The translations under genes and the position numbers were made by a program. Below are positions 1-11,300 of a stretch of 64,000 nt of DNA, one piece after another. Under the pieces are notes generated by a model. The model had not been told where the DNA came from, did no database searches, and saw nothing but the letters and a program-made list of their open reading frames with translations. The stretch comes from Lingula anatina (taxonomy: Eukaryota; Animalia; Brachiopoda), in contig CM120644.1 in NCBI GenBank assembly GCA_051362555.1, positions 12,174,567 through 12,238,566 on the forward strand, read 5' to 3'. Each line of letters starts with the position of its first letter. Position 1 is the first letter of the stretch.

Positions 1-747
1 ATGCTGATTTTCAAACTCAACCTGTGTATTATGAATATTTATCAGTTCTGTAAGTTTCAAGCCAAAGGGTAAAACAGCTTTTCATTTATTGTGTTATCGG
101 TGTTGCAAAAATGCTGAAAAAAAGTGAAAAAATAGCCTAAATTCAGTAAAAATGACCCAATCATGCTGATTTTCAAACTTGACCTGCGTATTATGAATAT
201 TCATCAGTTCGGTAAGTTTCAAGCCAAAAGGTAAAATGGTTTTCCATTTATGGTGTTATCGGTGCTGTATATATGCTGAAAAAAGAGAAAAAATAGCCTA
301 AATTTACTAAAAATGACCCAATCACGCTGATTTTCGAACTTGACCTGCGTATTATGAATATTCATCAGTTCTGTAAGTTTCAAGCCAAAAGGTAAAATGG
401 TTTTCCATTTATGGTGTTATCGGTGCTGTATATATGCTGAAAAAAGAGAAAAAATAGCATAAATTCCCTATAAGTGACCCGATCATGCTGATTTTCGAAC
501 TTGACCTGCGTTTTATAAATATTCATTAGTTCTGTAAGTTTCAAGCCAAAAGGTAAAACGGTTTTCCACTTATCGTGTTATCGGTGCTGCATATATGCTG
601 AAAAAAGTGAAAAAAACAGCATAAATTCCCTATAAGTGACCCAATCATGCTGATTTTCGAACTTGACCTGCGTATTATGAATATTCATTAGTTCTGTAAG
701 TTTCAAGCCAAAAGAAAAAACAGTTTTCCACTTATCGTGTTATCGGT
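1..747. repeat. Tandem satellite-like array, ~162-bp unit, ~4.6 copies
   Basis: Repeated ATGCTGATTTTC(A/G)AACTTGACCTGCG...GTAAGTTTCAAGCCAAAAGG...TTATCGGT at 161-162 bp spacing. Confidence 0.95.
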
Positions 748-838
748 AAAAGTGCACGGCGACGACGGCAACGACGGCGACGGCGACGACAGACGCAGAT
801 GACGGCTATATGTACAGACACATCTGTGTCTGTACATA
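1..838. mobile_element. Helentron-associated non-autonomous element (HINE/DINE-like), 3' part: satellite core + microsatellite + terminal hairpin
   Basis: 161-162 bp tandem units start at 1, 163, 324, 485 and 647 (last one partial, to ~747). A (GAC/GGC)-type microsatellite follows at ~756-805, then a perfect 14-bp stem-loop TATGTACAGACACA-TC-TGTGTCTGTACATA (809-838) and an A-run. This order matches the known HINE layout. The 5' end is outside the window. Confidence 0.7.
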
Positions 839-959
839 AAAAGTGGACCTTTTACCATAAAATCCTCAAGTACATAGATCAAATTTTACCCAAAGTGGAC
901 CTTTTCCCAGCAAAAAGGTGGTTCTTTCGAACCGCCCAAACCCCCTGGCTACGTGCCTG
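839..959. mobile_element. Right half of a CAGGCCCGTAGCCAG-family MITE, interrupted by the HINE-like element
   Basis: AAAAAGTGGACCTTTT...CCCCCTGGCTACGTGCCTG matches the internal and right-end sequence of the intact copy at 26502-26624. Confidence 0.65.
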
Positions 960-1788
960 TCCAGTGTCTGCGAGAGGTGTTAAAGGCATGTATTGTGAGG
1001 TGAAAACAAAACCTCTCCGGCAGAGGTAATAATGGTTCTATCACTTCGTTGTTACATAAATCACGGCCTAGATGGAATGATGACCAAACTGCATGGCATT
1101 TTCCTGGCTTAAAACCTCAAGATCAGACTTAATTTGAATGCCTGTCACTGCTCACAATCAGATTTAAAAGGCACAGGTCTGTATAGCAAGCAAAGGGCTT
1201 CTTTTTCTGAAAAAGTGGGACTTTTTTTAACCCACTTAGCTGACTCAACTTCAGAAATAGCACAGAACCTAGATTAAATTTGGATGCAGAGCAGGTTTTT
1301 TTCTGGACGAGAGGGTGCATTGTTTTTTTTTAGCCCCTCCCTCTCAAAAACCCTCCCTGGCCCGATGCACTTGAAATACTACGACACCGACTCCACTCCA
1401 AACCCAATGATCCTGAGACCACACATGGAATACAAAGGGTATGAAAATGAAAAGCACGCATCAAACACTTATTCCATAAAACATCTCGAATTTGCCAATG
1501 CTGATGAGCATGCTCTCATACAGTAACTTAATAAGCTGGTAATCAAGATGCCATTCTGCATCTAAAATTGCCTTCAATCCCGGGGAAAATGTAATAACAG
1601 AGCACATACCATCCAGGGCAGTATAATTTCTCTTTTCGCTGGAAGTCTAACGAGAATACTGATTCCCCATTACTTTTACATTAATGAAGCATATTGCATT
1701 ATAGCATGGAGACTATACTGTGAGAACAGGGGGTCGTTTCATAAAGCATTCACTTGGCAACTTAAATGTGAGAATGAGAGTAAACTTA

Positions 1789-2003
1789 GGCTGTATTCCC
1801 AGAGCTTTTAGATCGATCTATCCCCGCGGGGAGTCTCACTAGATTACTGTTAGATAATCCGGCTTAAATGTCCGTCCCGCCTACTACAAGCTGTAAGGGG
1901 GTAATTAACTTTCGTGTCCGCTCGGCTGACAGCTATTTAGCATGAACCCCCAGGGAGTTAGGTCGATCTAAAGTAGATTGATCTAATCTCTGGAAATGGG
2001 GTC
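1789..2003 (+). mobile_element. PIF/Harbinger-type MITE, 215 bp
   Basis: Imperfect TIRs GGCTGTATTCCCAGAG / CTCTGGAAATGGGGTC and a TTA target duplication. A highly similar inverted copy lies at 5565-5779. Confidence 0.8.
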
Positions 2004-2418
2004 TTAGAAACAGGGAGAGTGAGAAAATTAGATAAGGTAAACTGAGCCTCAAAAGAAATTTATCAATATATATTTTTGGCATATGTCAGTTCCAGCAACA
2101 GTTCAAATAAATGTTCTTGTTGACTGCTAAATCAAAAGGCGGGACTACAGGGCTTATAGTCTGAGGCCAGCGTTCTCAGTTTAAACTGGTCTGAATCCTT
2201 CGTAATTTATTCTAAGTGACCAACATTTTTTTATATACAATAGCTAGTAGAAACTAAACTGGAATGGTACAAAAAATGGTTACCATGGTAACATGGATGA
2301 AGTCTTTGATAAAAGGCCACAAGTTCTTTAAGAAGTGAAGGAGCAATCAGAAATGAAAGAATTCTGTAAAAGATAAATGGGTGTTGATGAGGTTTCAAAA
2401 AACCAGATCAGTGTATAA

Positions 2419-2926
2419 GGAGCCATTCACAATGAGTTCAGTTGCGCTAGCTAATGTACACTAACTTCACAGTGATTCTCGCTGAATGTAATCTGATTAA
2501 CAGACTAACATGCCTTCTCTTGTTTCCAACATATTCTGATAATCACCAGCTTTTTTGTAATCGACTCAACACTAGGAGGAGGCGTGTTAGTCTGCTAATC
2601 TGATTGCATTCAGCGAGAGACCCCTATGACTGGGTTCCCATCCCTAGATCGATCCATCTGGATCGGTCTAACTCCCTGGGGAGTCTCACTAAATTGCGAT
2701 CAACTTAACCTGCTTAAATGTCTGTCAGGCCTACCAAATCAGTTAGGGTAAAGATAATTTCCCCCTAACAGCTTTACTTGGTGTGATAGACATTTAAGCC
2801 AGTTATAGTTGATCGCAATTTAGTGAGACTCCCAAGGGAGATAGATCGATCCAAATATCTGTGGGAATGGTCCCTATGAGTAAGTGCACACTAGCCAATG
2901 CGACCTAATTCATTCTGAACAGCCCC
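2419..2926. mobile_element. PIF/Harbinger-type MITE with a second foldback MITE (2632-2874) nested inside
   Basis: Outer imperfect TIRs GGAGCCATTCACAATGA.../...TCATTCTGAACAGCCCC with TAA on both flanks. The inner element has long arms (GGGAGTCTCACTAAATTGCGATCAACT / AGTTGATCGCAATTTAGTGAGACTCCC) and is related to the 1789 family. Confidence 0.7.
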
Positions 2927-5258
2927 TAACTCATGCCATCTTAAAAATGAGTTATTCTAAAGGACAAAAAGGTACTAGTATAAGCAGGCAAATTCCTTTT
3001 GGAAGATGACTCAATTACTAGAGGAACAATTATAGAATGACAAAATGTAATTCAATCCTGAATAACACTTACATCTCTTGCATTTTTTCTAAGCACAAAT
3101 ACACTATTTTTGTTACTTTGTCTAACCACACTGTTATGAAATGGTAAAATATATCAGGCTGTAGTGCATGCATCTATAGAATTCTTTTTATGACATTTTG
3201 AAGCATGCTGTTAGTCAATGAATTGCTAAATAAAGGCAAAATTTCACAGATCATTTCCTTTATTGTCTTATAATGCAAGCAATTCTTGCCAAATCTGACA
3301 CCATTATCTTTCTGGGCCACAAAAAAAGCATCAATACTCAAGAAGGCCATACAAAATGACAATTTAACACACACTACAGTCACGCTCAGCAGCTAGGAAA
3401 TGAAAACCTACAAAACAGAAAGAGGATATTCACAAAGGATCAAGATGAATGGGAGTCAGCCTCCCAATTAACACCATTACATTTATTGACTATCACAGAG
3501 GGGTATGTGGCAGCAATCTTATGAAGGGCAAATATTCAACCTTCATGGAATACAAAAAGCAAATCGCCATGCACTTTTGCTGGTTAATCAATAAAACTTT
3601 GTGTAAGAAAAGCTACTGTAGCAGTCCTTGGGTAGAATATATAATATTATATAGAAGCATCTGCTCGGATATAAAAGATATAACTTCAAGCTACCTCACT
3701 AGCAACAAGTATTTTATTATAGAGTGGTCCCTTTACTGAAAAAATTGAACCCTAATTTGTACCCTCTTAATGACCCAATGTGAAAAACTGCACAGAGCCT
3801 ACATGCTTTGATTCAGTTTTGATTCAGAACAGACCATTTTGTTCTACCTGAAACCCCACCCCCTTCATATGGCTAAAGGTGTAAGGCAAGACTGAAAAGA
3901 TTTGAATTTAAATCAACTGAAAGCTGAGTTTAACTAAATTCTAGATTTATTCCCAATAAGGATATCTACCAGTAAATAAGGTCTTCAACATAACAATGTA
4001 TGACAGCAGAAGAGCTCGCGCAGTTTATCGCTCACATGCCTGCTAGTCATCTGATGTAACAAGACAGGACAATTATATCCATATAATGACAGGATTTTGC
4101 AGAATTATTGATCACCAAGGTGAAGAAGATAATTAGTATTGAGACTGCATGTGGATCAAGACGGCAATACTGGCGACTAAACTGCCATCTTTACACAAGG
4201 GAATTAATGGATTTGCATTGAATTGGTATCTTTGTAGGCAATAATGGAAACTAGAATGTCATCATGCAGCCTTAACAGAGGTGAAAATGTCATGTTTTAG
4301 TTCAGAGGAGGCTAATTTAAAGAGATTATTTAAGAACATGGCTGTTGTCATTCATTCCTAATCAAAATGACGTCTTTTGCCACAAAATTCCAATTGCTAA
4401 GATTGAAACATTTCTTTCTGGTTCATTCTTCTTAAAGAAGATTTCATCATGCACTAGTAAATATACAATCTTAATTATCTGACAACGCCCTCAATCAATG
4501 TCTAAATTTAGAGTTATTATCATCCAATATCTTGGAGTTTGTCAAGTGATCTTCTGCAAAAAAATGATACATGACATAAAAAATCCAATGAAACTTTCAA
4601 AGAGACTGAGTGATCATTTTGAAATATATACAAGATTCACTGACATAAGATTCAATTTGGTAAACTTTTAAAAGTTCTTTTTCTTTTCAGCATTTAAACT
4701 CGCCCTTCTTTTTCAAGTCCTACCTTGAAAGAGAAAGCAGGAAAAGGCAAGATCTAAATCAATAACCAATAAAGGCAGCATGACAGCAACTTCCTGTTGT
4801 TATTAAATCACTTGTTTTTAAGTCAGCTTCTATTATCTTGGCTTCTATTCAGCTTTTTTAATTACGTAGGAGGAATTCACCCACACCTTTTTTTATTCAT
4901 ATGGGCTGTTCTCAATCAAGTAAAGGTGGTGAGATTTTTACAAAAGGTGACTGAATTATCACTTATCATGTTAGAGAGCCCATAGAATGCATCAAAGCAG
5001 TAAAATGCGATCACCATGTTTAGCAATCAACTTCAGCAAAACTAGGCTGACCAGTCTTATAAATCAGGCCAGTAGTCGGGGGGGGGGGGGGGGGGGGTCT
5101 GGATTTTCTTTAGATATTTTCCATCTTGCCCTTATATTTCGTGAAACAATCACTGAACCATTATAAAACTTCGGATCCATACATTCTCTGGCAAATATAA
5201 GTCACATACAGCAGAATATTCACTACTTTAAAACCGTGATCTACATACATGCCCCTAC

Positions 5259-5321
5259 CTTCTAAAATATCATCCAACAGCTTTGCATCTTCTGGTGGAA
5301 TACCATCGCTTGGATGTGCAA
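5259..5321 (-). CDS. PTPRN2: IA-2/phogrin exon 5 (63 nt, VAHPSDGIPPEDAKLLDDILE)
   Basis: ttttttcag acceptor, GTAGGG donor, open in phase 1-1. Confidence 0.65.
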
Positions 5322-8300
5322 CTGAAAAAACAATGACGGGTATACAATGTATGTTTACAAATATCTAATTCACTTTGAATATGGTACATATTGCACCCTT
5401 CGTATACATATACATGAGAAAAATGGCTGCTTCCTGAGTTGTATTTCTCCTTTTTCAAAGTTAGAAAGTTTAAATCTTCATTTGTACTTGTATCTTAAAT
5501 ATGTGGATTGTTATATAATATGTAAATTGTCAAGATTTATTTAATTAACATTTGAAACATCTAAGACCCCATTTCCAGAGATTACATCGATCTACTTTAG
5601 ATCAACCTAACTCCCTGGGGGTTCACGCTAAATAGCTGTCAGCCGGGCGGACACGAAAGTTAATTACCCCCTTACAGCTTGTAGTAGGCGGGACGGACAT
5701 TTAAGCTGGATTATCTGACAGTAATCAAGAGAGACTCCCCGCGGGAATAGATCGATCTAAAAGCTCTGGGATTACAGCCTAAAAGACACACAATTCTTGC
5801 TAGACACACTCATGACCTTACGAAGTGTGGATTCAATAACAACTCCACTTCCTGACAAATATCATATGTAATCTAATGAAATTGTAACGATAGAGTTACA
5901 CTGTTATGGGAAATGCAACCTTTTATAGAACACTGAAAAGCACATCAAAATAGGATGTGGTTGCCAAGGATTCTACTCAACTTACTGTAAGCTGAATATG
6001 AAAACTGACAATTAGTAACATGAAAGAAGATTAAGATACAATTGGAAATTTCCTGGCTAGTGTGCCCCATGCCTGTGCCCCCCCCCCCCCCCCCACCAAA
6101 AAAAAACAAAAAAAAAACAAACAAAAAACAAAACAAAACAAAAAAAAAATGTGACGAAAACTATCTAAGGATTTTGCAACCAGGCAAATTTCTAAACAGA
6201 CACACACACATAAAAAAACACACAATCAATGTGTCCTATTGCAACTTCCCCAGTATATAACATGATGAAAACTAACATTTCGGCAACCATGCAGGCAAAA
6301 CGCACACACACACATACATACTCTAATGTGCCCCCCCCCCCCCCACCTTCATTATAACATGTGATGAAAACTTTCTCAGGATTTAGTAACCAGGTGGCCA
6401 AATTACTTAATACACACACAGACATGCTCACATGCATACAAACAGGTAAAAAGCATGCAGTCATGTGCTATGTATATAATAATTTATGCGTATGATCACC
6501 ATCATCTACAAGACCACTGTGGGCACTACTGTCTACAGCTTGGTCAAGTGGGGTCAGTTTGTCTTCACTCTCACCAAACCAATCATTTTCATCTTCTCCA
6601 GTTTGGTCCGAATCCCATGGGGATTCCCCTGGCCTGTCTTGGGCTTTGTCTGGTTCCCATGGCAACTCATCTGACTTGTCTTCACTTCTAACTTGCTGCC
6701 ATGGTAACTCTGTAAAAGAGACAGCAAAACAAGCATGATAATTCTTGGCAAATTGAAGTGCCTTTAGAGGGTTTTTTGTTTCTATTTCTGTATTCTTTGC
6801 AAATTGAACTGCCTCTAGAGGGTTTTTTGTTTCTATTTCTGAATTCCTGGATAAAGAAAATTGCATATTATTTTCATTTTGACTCGGCCCTTATGTTTTC
6901 AACTTTTATCACTTTACATTCAGGGGAGGTAGATCGACCTCATATTGTCTTGCATTTTGCAATCTGGTCTTATTTTAAATAATTAAAAATCACTATAATG
7001 ATGATAAAAACTAATATGGAATCAAAAACTTCTCTGGGTAAAGGGATTAACAATCTGATATACAAGGCTAGGCTGTAGGCAATGTTGTATTAGGTTTTCA
7101 TGTTTCACATAGGGAGATTCACCGTGCTAAGGTGACTGCTTAGGAAGTTTTCTTTGAAATTATATTTATATAAATGTGTATATGCATGAACAATATTGTC
7201 ACACAATTCACTTCTTAGCAGCCCTTTGTTAATATGTTAATTAAATGCAAATTTTGCAAGTGTGTAACAGTATCAATGTCAGAGGTTCTACAATAATCTC
7301 AGGAAATTTCCCGGAAATGTCAGATCAATGAAGACCTGTGAAAGCTGAGGTAAAGTCATATTGTCAAACATGATTTTAGGTTGTTAGAAAAACAGTACTA
7401 GCAGGAAGAAAATTGGCTCGATCATGACCTGAATTCACACAGGGTATGGGGGATACAGATGTATGTTAAATGAAGATATAGCTAACTGATTTGTCAGGGC
7501 TTTACTAAACTGATTTATCAGGAATGGAAGTAGACTTGCCCTTCAAGAAATCGACGGAAAAAAGCTCTTTTTCAAATTTGAATGGGCACTGTATAAAACA
7601 TATAACAGCTAAAGCTCTCAAATTAAGCACATATGTGTGATATCATGTGAGGAATAAGTTCTGTAAATTTCAATCCAAGCAGTTGAGTACATTTTGAGAC
7701 AGAACGCTTTAAATGTGCAGCAAACCGTAACGCTAATCCCCTCAAGATCTCGACGAAAACCGGAAGTGCGTCATGACGTCAATCGCTTGTACTTGGAAAG
7801 CTGCTGGGTGATTTTCCGATGAGAAATATTTCGTGGCTTATACAAATGTTCGGAAAATGACCATGCAGATAAAAGAAAATTTACTAATCAAAATTGAAAC
7901 TGCGTAATTACATAGAAAAACATTGTTCATTTCTGACCTCGACTTGTCAGTGTAAACAAAGTGTACTGAACGCATCGCAAGCAAGCACATGAATGCCGCG
8001 TTTGATACTTTGTATCAGACACTTCATTTTACTTGACAACACAGTGGTTACGATGGGCATGACAGGAAAAACAGTGCAAAAAACACACACTTCCGGTTTT
8101 CGTCGATTTCTTGAAGGCGTCGATTTCTTGAAGGGCGAGTCTAGACCCGTTTTTTTATTTCTCTTAAAATCAACAGCAATTTTTGTTTTAATTCTTGGGT
8201 GAAACAGGCCGGGTCTCTATAGCAGTATATGTGCCAGCATATTTCATCTATTCACCTGTGTTATAGTCACATGGTGGGTCAACCATGTGGGACAGTGAAA

Positions 8301-11300
8301 GGAGTCTCACATGAGTACCCCAGGGGCGGATTTAGGCCGTCTTCTGGGTCTTCCGGAAGACGGTCAGATTTTCAAGTTTACATTGATGGGTATATATTTT
8401 TTCTGTCGGAAGACGGTCAAAAATGAAGGATGAATCAACAAAGATAATTTGGAAGACTGTCAGAAAATATCTTTGGGTCCGCCCCTGTACCCTCTGGTGT
8501 ACAACTGTCATCAAGCCTCATTAAGCAGGCCCTTTGCCAGCAATTTCAAAAGGGGGTTCTTTTTCTTAAAAAATGGACCAAAAAAACATCATGCACCTAG
8601 TTCAAATTTTACCTAAAGCAGACCTTTTCTCGGCATTAAGGGCAGCTCATTCATCCCCCCCTTGCTATGAGCCTACTAAGGTACCCCCATCATGCTCTAT
8701 ATGTCTTGATATTCAATTACACTAGATGGATATTTTGTGACGTCAGTGAGAATTAAGTGTTGGTTCATGCAAGTTCAGTTCTGAAATCATCTTCAGAAAT
8801 AGAAATTGCTCCCAATACCTCTACAAACACAGCTAAGGATGCTTTTCATTCTCTAAGGATGAAGGCCTAACAATACAAATGTGATTGTACATTCGTGCGT
8901 CACATAATGTATTCAAATTATCGAAAAAGGCTCCTTGAAACTGCATGAAGTCTTGACATCTATGCATAAGCAGATGATCATTAGATTACAGAGAGTATAT
9001 TCTGTCTTAACAAACAACATGGCTTCATTGTAAAGCCATCTTTCAGGAAGTAAAAGTTGGTGGTGCATGTAGTGTAAACCTGGGTGCCTTCTGACACAAG
9101 TTGGGCCTAAATTCCAAGAAAGGGGCGGATGTAGGCCTTCTTCTGGGTATTCTGGAAGACGATCAGAATTTTTTAAGTTTATGTGTCAGTAGATGGTCAA
9201 AAATGGAAGAGGAATCAACAAAATAATTACAAAGACTTGGAAAATATCTCTTAGGTCCATCCCTACTATATACCTACATGTACAGGGTAGTAGATTTTGT
9301 CTGAACAGTGTGTAAATTTGTAAACTTATTTCTTTCATTTTCAACCAATATAGGAATGGGAAAAGAAAACTTGAAGAAATTCTAAGAAAAATGGAATAAA
9401 ACACAGTCCTTTCCAAAACTTCTACTTCAGTTATTGCTCTTTCCCCTAGTATATACAGGGTATATTGCATATAGAATCAAACAGCTTCTCACTTTTTATT
9501 TAACTGATAATTGACAGAGGATATCCTCCAGACAGAGGAAAATTCCCACAGCTGTCCTTGGTGAAGTTTACAATATGATGTGATTGAAAAATGTTAATTG
9601 TATGATTTACAAATGCAGCTCTGTACTACTTAACAATATGCCCATCTGCTCTGTTGCATCACTTTGCCCTATCTTTGACCCAGTAATTAAGACATTTTCC
9701 CACAAGTTCCAACCAAGAAATATATTGTTTACATTGATCTCCGTTACTATAAGAACACTCATACTTTCTGAGTGCCAATAACTTTGCTCTGTAGAGAATC
9801 TATAAAGAAATCTATAAAGAAATATTGTCCAATCACAGTGGAGGTAAACTTAGGTCAAAGATGAATATGTTTCATCACCGATTTGACATGTATTGATATA
9901 AAAATCTTGATACAGTCATAAACTTAAAAATCATGAACATACACGACATTGATAATACTTTTCCTGCTTAACATATGTTATATTCACTCAACTTTTTACT
10001 GCACAACGTACATACATAAGTTCTACATATGGCCTGTGTAAAATACTCGAAATAGATATAAATCAGACCCATAGCTAGGGGGGCTTGAACACACTGCCTT
10101 TTTTGCTGGGAAAGGGTCAATTTGATCTCAGTACACAAAGGTTTCCTAGTAAAAGGTTCTCTTTTTCAGAAAAATAATCTTCATTTGATACTGCTGGCTG
10201 GCTACGGGCCTGTAAATACTTTTTAACTTCTTTATACCTGCCTGAAAAGAAGTTATGAGGTTTCTGTTTGAACCATATTCCTGGACTAAAGATCTGTAGA
10301 CCAAGAATCTGTCACACTGGTGTCCACAACATGCCCAGGTTGTTTCCTTGGCCAATAGGAGTATTCTCTTTGGAGACACTTACAGGGATGGTCTATGTGG
10401 TGTGTGCTGTTTGTATTAACAAGATCAAATCTCCTTTTTTTTTTCAAAGCAAAAGCATCAAGAAGACCTCATATATAGCCAGGGGAAGGGAAAAGAAATC
10501 TGTCCTCCTTTGAAACCTTGTTGGAATCCACCCCTACTAAATATACTTAAACTATCAGAGAAATCATCTAATGGCTATACTAGCTGTACCAAACCCTTCT
10601 GTGTTTTAGAAAATGTTTGATACCCAAACTGAATATCGTCAAAAATCGGAATAAACTGATAGTAGGAATTCTTGCACCAATTGCTATTATACTTACCATT
10701 ATGTCTAACATAATTACCTTCTAAACTGTCAGTGTTATCTGGTTCGGCCAACCATTTACGATCAGTTTCCTTCCCATCTTCTTTGTGAGCATCATACAGG
10801 TCGCCATATTGATCATATTGATCACCATATTGGTCCTCATCACCAATATCTTGCAGTGCAGTCAGATAATTATTGAGGTCTTCAAGATCTTCTGGACTCA
10901 AAGCAGCACCATTTGTTATTGGAGATTTCTCTTTCTTTTGTATTTCCCCATACATATTGGGATTGAAATTTCTGTATCTACGGCGTCGAGGAGATACATT
11001 GTACGATTCCGCCAAATCGTTGGATGAATACCCAGCTGGGTATGCCTGGTAATATTTATGCACTCGATGGCGACTGGTACTGGGGTCATATGGTTGTTCA
11101 TCCTGTACTCTTTTCTCTGTATTGACTAAGTAGTTGTTAAAAAATGAACCAAGATTTTCTGAGTAATCGTTCTTCAGGGTTGCGCTAATATCATCAATGT
11201 CCCGTGCCTGCTTAGCATAAATATAACACAACGTTCGTTCATACCTCTCAGCATTTTTATACGAACTGATGAAATTGCCCAGAATGCACTGGGTGTACGG

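Noticed and set aside
1-747. CRISPR-like array
   Set aside because: Units are contiguous 161-162 bp repeats with no unique spacers and no cas genes, in a spliced eukaryotic context.
1380-1412. Possible further IA-2 micro-exon on the minus strand (GSLGLEWSRC)
   Set aside because: The acceptor is plausible, but the donors are weak (GTAGTA/GTATTT) and there is no homology support.
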